In this document: positions 37,269 through 45,336 of the stretch, one piece after another
Layout: each line of letters starts with the position of its first letter
Position numbering within the stretch: the stretch's first letter is position 1
From: Sphingobacteriia bacterium
GTDB taxonomy: Bacteria; Bacteroidota; Bacteroidia; Bacteroidales; UBA7960
DNA length: 64,000 nucleotides
Reading direction: 5' to 3'
Assembly (NCBI GenBank): GCA_011390785.1
Contig: JAABRR010000008.1
Location: forward strand, 8,258-72,257
Translations under genes and position numbers: made by a program
The notes under the pieces: generated by a model
Told to the model about the DNA's origin: nothing
The model's input: the letters and a program-made list of their open reading frames with translations, nothing else
Databases searched by the model: none

Positions 37269-39077
37269 ATGACTCAAAGTTCATTAACAGGCAAGCAAAA
37301 TATGCTTGATGGTAAGAGATTATATTACAGTTTTTTGGCTGGTGCATTCAACGTTTTTGAGAACCAGAAAATGTTAAACAAAATCAATGTATTTCCTGTG
37401 CCCGATGCCGATACAGGAACCAATCTGGCATCAACCTTTCGATCTATTGTTGAAAATACTTCACCAAGCAATAATATAAAAAGCACAGCTGTTTCCATAT
37501 CAGATGCAGCCCTAACCGGTGCCCGGGGAAATTCCGGGATTATTATTGCTCAATTTCTTTACGGGCTGAGTAGTGAGTTGGATGACAAAAAGGAGGTAAG
37601 CATGTCTCATTTTGCCCAGGCGTTATATAACGCCGTAAATTATGCTTACCAGGCTATAGCAAATCCCATTGAAGGAACCATTATTACTGTTTTGCGTGAG
37701 TGGGCAGAGTTCATCTATGAAACAAACGATAAGTTCGAATCCTTCGAAGATCTAATGAACGAATCTTTGATTAAAGCTAACGAATCGCTTGCCAGAACAC
37801 CGGAATTACTGAAAATATTAGCCAAAAACAGGGTAGTTGATGCAGGAGCACAAGGTTTTGTGATTTTTCTGGAAGGAATAAACCAGATCTTTCAAAAGGA
37901 AAATGTGAAAAAAATATTGAGTTTTAAAACCACCCCTGTTTATGAAGATGCTATAATTCTTGATGAACATGAAGAAAGTGAATACAGATACTGCACAGAA
38001 GCTCTTATTTCTCTAAATACTGTAGATAAAACCCAGGTTAAAGAATTCCTGGCCAGTAAGGGTGATTCTTTGGTAATGGCGGGGCCGGAGTCGCGAATGA
38101 GGATTCATATTCATAGTAATGAACCCGAAGGTATATTTGCTCATCTGGCAGATGTAAGCACCATTCTCTACCAAAAAGTAGATGATATGGTAAAACAAAA
38201 TGAAATTGCTCACCGGCGAAAAAGCGATATTGCCCTTGTTATTGATTCTACCTGCGACCTCCCAAAAGACATCATTGATAAATATCAGATTCATGTTGTA
38301 CCACTCAATGTCTTTTTTGGCGATAGCCAGTTTCTTGACAGGTTAACCATTACCCAGGAAAAGTTTTTTCATCTGCTCCAAACATCAGAAAACTATCCTA
38401 CATCATCGCAACCATCTTTAAAAGATATTATCAACACATTCAGCTACTTATCTACCCACTACGAATCGATAATTGCCATCCATATTTCGAGTGTTTTAAG
38501 CGGAACATTTGACAATAGCAAAAAAGCAGCAGAAAAAATTACTCAGGAAAGTGGGAAGCTCATTGATGTAATAGACTCTTTGCAAACAAGCGCTGCAACC
38601 GGTTTGGTAGCCCTTCGCATTGTAGAAGCCATAGATAAGGGTATGAACCATGATGAAATTGTTAAGCGGACACAAGGATGGATTAAAAAGAGTAAGCTTT
38701 TTGTAGGGGCCCAGTCTCTAAGATCTTTTATTAAAGGCGGACGCGTTAGCCCTGCCAAAGGATTTATCGGAAACCTTTTAAATACCAAACCCATAATAAC
38801 CATAAACGAAAGTGGAAAAGCAATACTTTTCGATAAAGCTTTCAGTCATACCGGAAGTTTGAAAAAAATCATAAAACATACCCGTGATTTTATTGGTTCG
38901 GAACAATTATGGGGGTATGCAATTTTTCATGCACAAAAACCTGAAACTGCTCAATGGTATGCTACAGAAATTGAAAAAATTACCGGTCAGAAACCAAGAT
39001 ATATTATGGAAATATCACCGGTGCTGGCAATAAGCGCAGGAATTGGCGCTGTAGGAGTATCCTTGTTACTGGAATAA
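37269..39077 (+). CDS. Dak2/DhaL-domain (FakA N-terminal-like) fused to a DegV (FakB-like) fatty-acid-binding domain
   Basis: 602 aa. Dak2 motifs INVFPVPDADTGTNL and LTGARGNSGIIIAQF in the N-terminal third. DegV motifs IALVIDSTCDLP, TSSQPS and IAIHISSVLSGTF from about nt 38220 onward. Confidence 0.85.
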   Translation: MTQSSLTGKQNMLDGKRLYYSFLAGAFNVFENQKMLNKINVFPVPDADTGTNLASTFRSIVENTSPSNNIKSTAVSISDAALTGARGNSGIIIAQFLYGLSSELDDKKEVSMSHFAQALYNAVNYAYQAIANPIEGTIITVLREWAEFIYETNDKFESFEDLMNESLIKANESLARTPELLKILAKNRVVDAGAQGFVIFLEGINQIFQKENVKKILSFKTTPVYEDAIILDEHEESEYRYCTEALISLNTVDKTQVKEFLASKGDSLVMAGPESRMRIHIHSNEPEGIFAHLADVSTILYQKVDDMVKQNEIAHRRKSDIALVIDSTCDLPKDIIDKYQIHVVPLNVFFGDSQFLDRLTITQEKFFHLLQTSENYPTSSQPSLKDIINTFSYLSTHYESIIAIHISSVLSGTFDNSKKAAEKITQESGKLIDVIDSLQTSAATGLVALRIVEAIDKGMNHDEIVKRTQGWIKKSKLFVGAQSLRSFIKGGRVSPAKGFIGNLLNTKPIITINESGKAILFDKAFSHTGSLKKIIKHTRDFIGSEQLWGYAIFHAQKPETAQWYATEIEKITGQKPRYIMEISPVLAISAGIGAVGVSLLLE

Positions 39078-39090
39078 TTCTTTAAAAATT

Positions 39091-39130
39091 CAAAAAAAAA
39101 GGATGCCACATCATGACATCCTCTTTTTTT
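39091..39130. terminator. Bidirectional terminator between the Dak2-DegV gene and convergent rubrerythrin
   Basis: A9 run, then aggatg...catcct (6-bp stem, 11-nt loop), then cT7 run. Confidence 0.5.
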
Positions 39131-39147
39131 GTACATATTACTTAGAT

Positions 39148-39726
39148 TTAGTAGTTTTCAACCCATTCTTCAAAATAAGCTTGAGGGTGACGGCAGGTTG
39201 GACAATTTTTAAGAGCCTTTTCTCCTTCATAGATATAGCCGCACTTCCGACAATACCATTTGGTTTTTTTGGGCCGTTCAAAAACAGTTCCTTCTTCTAC
39301 CCTTTTTAAAAGTTTCAGATACCGCTCTTCATGATTCTTTTCAGCTTCGGCAATAAGCTTAAAGGTAGTAGCAATCCTTCTAAAACCTTCTTCTTCAGCA
39401 ATACGGGAAAACTCAGGATATAAAATCTGCCATTCTTCATTTTCACCGGCAGCAGCTTTCTTAAGGTTTACAGCTGTAGTATCAAGAATCCCTGCGGGGT
39501 AAGTGGCTGTAATTTCTACCATACCACCTTCCAGGTGTCCATAAAACATTTTACTGTGCATTCTTTCCTGGTCAGCTGTTTCCTTGAAATATCCTGCTAT
39601 TTGTTCATAACCCTCCTCTTTGGCAATTTTTGCATACATTTCATACCGACGTGCGGCCTGCGATTCTCCTGCAAATGATTTAAGTAGATTCTGTTCCGTT
39701 TTTGTTCCTTTAATACTTTTTTCCAT
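39148..39726 (-). CDS. rbr: Rubrerythrin
   Basis: 192 aa. Ferritin-like diiron domain (GTKTEQNLLKSFAGESQARRYEMYA) and C-terminal rubredoxin-like CRKCG...CPTC. Confidence 0.93.
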   Translation of the reverse strand: MEKSIKGTKTEQNLLKSFAGESQAARRYEMYAKIAKEEGYEQIAGYFKETADQERMHSKMFYGHLEGGMVEITATYPAGILDTTAVNLKKAAAGENEEWQILYPEFSRIAEEEGFRRIATTFKLIAEAEKNHEERYLKLLKRVEEGTVFERPKKTKWYCRKCGYIYEGEKALKNCPTCRHPQAYFEEWVENY

Positions 39727-39744
39727 AATCTATACTGTGTTAAA

Positions 39745-39773
39745 TAAAAAAACTCCCGTATTACAAACGGGAG
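39745..39773 (-). terminator. Intrinsic terminator downstream of purA
   Basis: Stem ctcccgt/acgggag with a 7-nt loop, followed on the minus strand by a T-run (plus-strand A-run 39745-39752). Confidence 0.7.
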
Positions 39774-39775
39774 CT

Positions 39776-39783
39776 CAAAAATA
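39776..39783 (-). promoter_or_regulatory. -7 promoter box for rubrerythrin
   Basis: Minus-strand tatttttg, about 49 nt upstream of ATG 39726. It abuts the purA terminator hairpin. Confidence 0.4.
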
Positions 39784-39813
39784 CAGTATTTTCATATACA
39801 CAACAGCACCTAA

Positions 39814-39828
39814 AGCACTTAATGTGCT
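39814..39828. promoter_or_regulatory. Inverted repeat agcac-ttaat-gtgct upstream of the rubrerythrin promoter, candidate Fur/PerR-type box
   Basis: 5-bp perfect arms, about 30 nt upstream (minus-strand sense) of the rbr -7 box. Confidence 0.25.
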
Positions 39829-39883
39829 CTAAAACTGTAATTTATAATCAGTTTAAATAACACCTTTCATCCTAATCACATCC

Positions 39884-41197
39884 CTATTCTATCTCTCTTA
39901 CAATGGTCTGGGCTCTGTCAGGACCAGTAGACACGATAAAAACAGGTACGTTAAGATAGTTTTCCACATATTCAACAAAATCTTTTAAACTTTTAGGTAG
40001 TGCTTCATAAGTGGAGAACGGTCGCAGGTTTTGTTTCCATCCATCAAGGGTTTTGAAAACAGGAATAAGATTTTTATGGTTATAATCAAAAGGTAAATAA
40101 TCAATGACCTCTCCATTATACTCGTAGCCTATACAGAGCTGTATCTTCTCAAAAATACTAAGTACGTCAGCTTTTGTCATGATTAGTCGGGTAACACCAT
40201 TGAGCATAACAGCATATTTTAGAGCAGGAAGATCGAGCCAGCCGCAACGACGTGGGCGTCCTGTAGTTGAACCAAATTCGTTACCTTCCCTGCGCATTTC
40301 TTCACCGTTGCTGTCAAATAATTCTGTCGGGAAAGGTCCGCTACCTACCCGGGTGCAATAGGCTTTAAATATTCCGTAAACTTCACCCACAGAAGACGGG
40401 GCAATGCCCAGTCCAGTGCAGGCACCGGCAGCTACCGTATTGGATGAAGTTACAAAAGGATACGATCCAAAATCGATATCTAATAAAGAACCCTGTGCAC
40501 CTTCTGCAAGAATCCGAATACCAGCTTCTCTTTGTTTGTTAACGTATATTTCTGAATCAATCAGCGGAAATAGCCTAATCAGTTCTACCCCTTCAAACCA
40601 TTGATTTTCATATTCTTCAAATGATAAGCCATCCGGACGAAAGGTATCTGTATCAAAGTCCAAAGCTTCACCCATCATCAAATGTTGCTTTTTTAACTGA
40701 TCATATTTGGTTTTAAAATCCTTATCGACAATACTTCCTGTTCTTATACCGATTCGGGCAACCTTATCTGTATAAGTTGGGCCAATACCTTTAAGTGTGC
40801 TACCAATTTTAAATGTTCCCTTAGAACTTTCGAGTGCAGCATCAAGTAATTTGTGAGATGGTAGAATAAGATGTGCTTTTTTTGATATATACAATCGCTT
40901 AACAAAATCAGATAAAGGAATTTGGGTTGATTCAATTTCTCCTTTAAAAATACGAGGATCAATTACTACTCCATTGCCAATCAGATTGATGGAACCTTCA
41001 TGAAATACGCCAGAAGGAATTGTATGCAGCACATATTTTTGGCCATCGAACTCCAATGTATGCCCAGCATTAGGCCCACCCTGGAAACGTGCTATCAAAG
41101 GGTAATCAGGGGTTAAAAAATCTACAATTTTACCCTTTCCTTCGTCGCCCCATTGCAAACCAAGAAGGATATCTACCTTATTTTTTCTTTTATCCAT
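39884..41197 (-). CDS. purA: Adenylosuccinate synthase
   Basis: 437 aa. GLQWGDEGKGKIVD P-loop, GPNAGHT and GTTGRGIGP-like motifs. Confidence 0.95.
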   Translation of the reverse strand: MDKRKNKVDILLGLQWGDEGKGKIVDFLTPDYPLIARFQGGPNAGHTLEFDGQKYVLHTIPSGVFHEGSINLIGNGVVIDPRIFKGEIESTQIPLSDFVKRLYISKKAHLILPSHKLLDAALESSKGTFKIGSTLKGIGPTYTDKVARIGIRTGSIVDKDFKTKYDQLKKQHLMMGEALDFDTDTFRPDGLSFEEYENQWFEGVELIRLFPLIDSEIYVNKQREAGIRILAEGAQGSLLDIDFGSYPFVTSSNTVAAGACTGLGIAPSSVGEVYGIFKAYCTRVGSGPFPTELFDSNGEEMRREGNEFGSTTGRPRRCGWLDLPALKYAVMLNGVTRLIMTKADVLSIFEKIQLCIGYEYNGEVIDYLPFDYNHKNLIPVFKTLDGWKQNLRPFSTYEALPKSLKDFVEYVENYLNVPVFIVSTGPDRAQTIVREIE

Positions 41198-41221
41198 CTA
41201 AAAAATTAAAATTTACTGGTA

Positions 41222-41249
41222 AACAAAAAAAAAGCCGATACAACGGCTT
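41222..41249 (-). terminator. Intrinsic terminator downstream of fur
   Basis: Stem aagccg/cggctt with a 6-nt loop, followed on the minus strand by a long T-run (plus-strand A-run 41224-41233). Confidence 0.6.
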
Positions 41250-41261
41250 CATTAATCTGCT

Positions 41262-41269
41262 CAAAATTA
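41262..41269 (-). promoter_or_regulatory. -7 promoter box candidate for purA
   Basis: Minus-strand taattttg, about 64 nt upstream of ATG 41197 and upstream of the fur terminator hairpin. Confidence 0.3.
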
Positions 41270-41328
41270 GTGTATTTTTTGATAGCAGACCTAACATGAA
41301 TTGTAAAAGAATTCCGAAAAATTAAAAA

Positions 41329-41799
41329 TTAGTCTTCTCTTTTCGATTGACATTCATGACAATTGCCATAGAACGCCAGAGAACGACTGGTAATGGTAAA
41401 GCCCATTATTTTTTCGATGGAGGTTTGAATTTCGAAAAGCCTTGGATCGCAAAATTCAAGAACCTTTCCGCAGCTATTACAAACAAGATGATCATGCTGT
41501 TTGTATTTATACGATTTTTCATATTGGGCCACGTTTTTGCCAAACTGATGCTTAACCACGAGATTACAATGCTGAAGCAATTCGATGGTATTATACAATG
41601 TTGCACGGCTAACACGGTATTTATTGTTTTTCATTTTGATGTATAATGATTCTACATCAAAATGACCCTCTGTAAGATAAATTTCGCGTAAAATAGTAAA
41701 TCGTTCGGGTGTTTTACGATGCTTGTTGCTTTCCAGGTAGGACGAAAAAATACTTTTTACCTTTTCAAAAATTTCCTGATTTGCTTTATAATCTTTCAT
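41329..41799 (-). CDS. Fur-family transcriptional regulator (Fur/PerR/Zur type not resolved)
   Basis: 156 aa. Fur-type wHTH ([20 protein letters not shown]) and structural Zn site CxxC...CxxC (CNSCG, CHEC). Confidence 0.85.
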   Translation of the reverse strand: MKDYKANQEIFEKVKSIFSSYLESNKHRKTPERFTILREIYLTEGHFDVESLYIKMKNNKYRVSRATLYNTIELLQHCNLVVKHQFGKNVAQYEKSYKYKQHDHLVCNSCGKVLEFCDPRLFEIQTSIEKIMGFTITSRSLAFYGNCHECQSKRED

Positions 41800-42089
41800 G
41801 TACTTTTTAATACCTTTTGATAAATATTAATATCTACCAATGTCCATTGTTTTTGTTATACAATTATCAACTTATGTAATTAAGAAACTAATAAGATGTT
41901 AAAATGATAGTGTTGAACGGGATAAAGTTATAAAAAGTTTTTGTTATTTGAAATGATTATAAATAAATAAATTAATCAATTGATATTATGGGTGTTACAG
42001 AAGAAAGAGATTGTTAATAACGCCATAAAATATCGACCAGATTCTATCTAAGGATTATCTAAAATTGTAATTAAAAAAGTTGGCATAGG

Positions 42090-44342
42090 TTACTTACCAA
42101 TTCTGGACACCTGCTTAACCCCTTTTATCTTCTTTATTTTTGCAATCAGATTATTTAGATGCTGTGTATCATTAACATATAGCATTACATTTCCTTCAAA
42201 TGTACCTGCATTGCTATCAATATTTATAGAGCGGATATTAACATTATATTCGCTTGAAATCAGGCTTGTAAGATTGTTTAGAATCCCCATATCATCAATA
42301 CCTTTTATTTTAATGCCACTTAAAAAGGCAATAGATTTTCCGGTGTACCATTTGGCTTTAACAATACGATAGGCAAATTTCGACATCAGCTGCACGGCAT
42401 TGGGACAATTGTTCCTATGAATTTTTATCCCTTCGTTAATGGTTACAAATCCAAAAACATCATCTCCGGGTATGGGATTGCAACAAGGAGAAAGGGTATA
42501 ATCGAGTGCTTCCATACTATCACCGATAAGGAGAGTATCAGGCTTTTCCTTGAGCTTCTGTCTGATCGGATCGATCTGCTCCTTTTCAAAATTTGAAATA
42601 CGGGATTTACCAAATGGATTTCTCAGATAACTAAGAATACCTCCTTTTTCATTATCTGACAAATAGGCTTTTAAATCTTTAATATCAAGTTTATCTATTG
42701 CAAAATCGTAATACAAATCGAGAGGTGCCGGTAATTTAAAATAGCTAAGCAGCTTTTGAATATTTTCATGGGTATTTTCAATTTTAAGTTGCTTGAGTTT
42801 GCGTTCAAGTTTCTCTTTCCCATCTTCAGCAATCTTTTTACGTTCTTCTTTAAGCGATGTCTTTATTTTACCCTTGGCTCTGGCTGTTGTAACATAATTA
42901 AGCCAGTCTGGTTTAGGTTTTTGCTTAATAGATGTAATAATCTCTATCTGGTCGCCACTTTTCAGAGTATGGTTAAGTGGCACCAGTTTATGATTAAGCT
43001 TTGCCCCAAGGCACTGGTCGCCAACTTTTGAGTGTATGCTATAGGCAAAATCAAGCGCTGTAGAACCTACAGGTAAGGTACGCAATTCGCCTTTGGGTGT
43101 AAACACAAATATTTCATCGGAGAAGAGGTTTAGTTTAAAATCGTCGATGAAATCCAGTGCATCTTTTTCGGAAGTTTTCAATATTTCCCTGATGCGGTAT
43201 AACCACTTATCGATACTACTTTCGGTGGTTTTAGATTCTTTGTATTTCCAATGGGCTGCGTACCCTTTTTCTGCCACATCATCCATTCGCCTGGTACGTA
43301 TTTGTACTTCTACCCATTTGCCCTGTCTGCTCATAACGGTTGTATGCAAAGATTCGTAACCATTGGCTTTGGGAGTAGAGATCCAGTCGCGCAAGCGATC
43401 GGGATTAGGCCTGTAAACATCTGTAACAATTGAGTATGCTCGCCAGCAATCGGCTTTTTCACGATCTTCGGGTGCATCAATAACTATCCGAATTGCAAAA
43501 ATGTCGTAAACTTCTTCAAAAGGGACTTCCTGCTTTTGCATTTTACCCCAAATAGAACTAATAGACTTTGTACGGCCTAATACTTTGAAGTTTAGCCCTT
43601 GTTCTTCCAATGATTTTTTAATCGGTTTGGTAAAATCTTCAATAAACCTATTTCTCTCTTCTTCTGATTCAACTATTTTGCGCGAAATAGAACTATAAAT
43701 ATCCGGATCCGTATATTTTAGAGCAAGATCTTCAAGTTCGCTTTTTATAGCATGAAAACCAAGCCTGTGCGCCAAAGGTGCAAATAGATACAGGGTTTCA
43801 TTGGCAATTTTGAGCTGCTTTCGGGCAGGAAGAGCATCAAGCGTTCGCATATTGTGTAAACGATCGGCAAGCTTAATAAGAATAACCCTTACGTCATCAG
43901 ACAGGGTTAGCAACATTTTTCTGAAATTCTCTGCTTGTAATGAGTCTGTTTGCTCAAAAATATCCGAAATTTTTGTGAGTCCGTCAATAATTCTTGAAAC
44001 CTCTTCACCAAAATACTCAGTAATATCCGAGAGCGTATAGTCAGTATCTTCCACAACATCATGCAACAAGGAACAAATAACGCTGGTGGTTCCAAGTCCG
44101 ATCTCTTCCACACAAACATGGGCCACGGCAATTGGGTGATAAATATAGGGCTCCCCACTTTTTCGCCGGTGATCTTTATGAGCTTCCATAGCAAAATTAA
44201 AGGCCTTTCTAATCCGCTTTCTGTCGGTTAACTCGGTTCCGGGCCTGACAACAGAGAGCAAGCTACGATATTCCTTAAGAATCTGGCGACGCTCCAGCTC
44301 TAATTCAGAAACAGACATTTGTTGATTATTCTGATCGGACAC
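42090..44342 (-). CDS. Bifunctional (p)ppGpp synthetase/hydrolase, RelA/SpoT homologue
   Basis: 750 aa. HD hydrolase (HDVVEDT), synthetase, TGS and ACT regions. Start is GTG 44342 or ATG 44318. Confidence 0.92.
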   Translation of the reverse strand: MSDQNNQQMSVSELELERRQILKEYRSLLSVVRPGTELTDRKRIRKAFNFAMEAHKDHRRKSGEPYIYHPIAVAHVCVEEIGLGTTSVICSLLHDVVEDTDYTLSDITEYFGEEVSRIIDGLTKISDIFEQTDSLQAENFRKMLLTLSDDVRVILIKLADRLHNMRTLDALPARKQLKIANETLYLFAPLAHRLGFHAIKSELEDLALKYTDPDIYSSISRKIVESEEERNRFIEDFTKPIKKSLEEQGLNFKVLGRTKSISSIWGKMQKQEVPFEEVYDIFAIRIVIDAPEDREKADCWRAYSIVTDVYRPNPDRLRDWISTPKANGYESLHTTVMSRQGKWVEVQIRTRRMDDVAEKGYAAHWKYKESKTTESSIDKWLYRIREILKTSEKDALDFIDDFKLNLFSDEIFVFTPKGELRTLPVGSTALDFAYSIHSKVGDQCLGAKLNHKLVPLNHTLKSGDQIEIITSIKQKPKPDWLNYVTTARAKGKIKTSLKEERKKIAEDGKEKLERKLKQLKIENTHENIQKLLSYFKLPAPLDLYYDFAIDKLDIKDLKAYLSDNEKGGILSYLRNPFGKSRISNFEKEQIDPIRQKLKEKPDTLLIGDSMEALDYTLSPCCNPIPGDDVFGFVTINEGIKIHRNNCPNAVQLMSKFAYRIVKAKWYTGKSIAFLSGIKIKGIDDMGILNNLTSLISSEYNVNIRSINIDSNAGTFEGNVMLYVNDTQHLNNLIAKIKKIKGVKQVSRIGK

Positions 44343-44369
44343 GGTTTCAGGTTATTTAATTGTTCGATG

Positions 44370-44377
44370 CAAATATA
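44370..44377 (-). promoter_or_regulatory. -7 promoter box for relA/spoT
   Basis: Minus-strand tatatttg, 27 nt upstream of GTG 44342 and 51 nt upstream of ATG 44318. Confidence 0.4.
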
Positions 44378-44434
44378 CTACAAAACGGAGTTGGCAACAA
44401 TGTTTACACCCTTAAAGATTTGAGATTAGCCCGC

Positions 44435-45328
44435 TTATTTCGTGTTCTGTTTCATTTTGACAGAATTGTATAAAACACTTACAATTCCGTCACTTAAACC
44501 AATTTTAGGAACCAACAATTTAGGGGCACCGGTAATTTGCATAATAAAATGAAAGATTTTTGCAGCCGGAAGAATGACATCGGCTCTGTCGGGTCTTAAA
44601 CCCATAATATCAATTCTTTGGCTTAGAGAAAATCTTTGAAGATGATTCAGGGCATATTCAAGATTATTAAACGGAATGGTTTGGTCGGGTACCCTGCCAT
44701 AAAGTTTGGCTATTTTATTGATATTTCCTCCGGCACCTACAAACAGCATATTTTTATAATGATCATTATATTTTAATAACCAAACTTTCATTCTATCCCA
44801 TTCCGAAAGTTTAACCTTTTTACTAAGCATACGTACAGTTCCAATTTTAAAAGAGTTGGATGCCAGCAGTCCTTTTTTGGAAATGATAGATAACTCGGTG
44901 CTACCACCACCCACATCAACGTAAAGGGTATATTTAAAATCTTCAACAGAAGAAAGGTTTTGAACGGCACTAACGATCTGTGCTTCTTCAACCCCATCGA
45001 TTATCTGAATTTTAATCCCTGCTTCGGTAGCAACTCTTTTTATAACCTGGTCTTTATTATGAGCTTCGCGCATGGCCGATGTTGCACAGGCACGGTAAGC
45101 TACAGGCTCATTTACTTCAATGAGCAGCCTGAAGGCTTTCATCGTTTTTACAAGTTTCTTAATTTTGAGTTCAGAGATGTTGTTTTGGGTAAAAACATCA
45201 TCACCCAGGCGGAGAGGTATTCGCATAAGCGAAGCTTTTTCGACAACAATTTGCCGGTCTTGCTCAAATACATTGGAAAAGAATAACCTAACCGCATTAG
45301 ACCCTATATCGATAGCTCCAAGTAACAT
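44435..45328 (-). CDS. ppx: Ppx/GppA-family exopolyphosphatase, short two-domain form
   Basis: 297 aa. ASKHA N-terminus GAIDIGSNAVRL and VDVGGGSTE. Starts 8 nt after the ppk1 stop. Confidence 0.85.
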   Translation of the reverse strand: MLLGAIDIGSNAVRLFFSNVFEQDRQIVVEKASLMRIPLRLGDDVFTQNNISELKIKKLVKTMKAFRLLIEVNEPVAYRACATSAMREAHNKDQVIKRVATEAGIKIQIIDGVEEAQIVSAVQNLSSVEDFKYTLYVDVGGGSTELSIISKKGLLASNSFKIGTVRMLSKKVKLSEWDRMKVWLLKYNDHYKNMLFVGAGGNINKIAKLYGRVPDQTIPFNNLEYALNHLQRFSLSQRIDIMGLRPDRADVILPAAKIFHFIMQITGAPKLLVPKIGLSDGIVSVLYNSVKMKQNTK

Positions 45329-45336
45329 ATCTCTTG

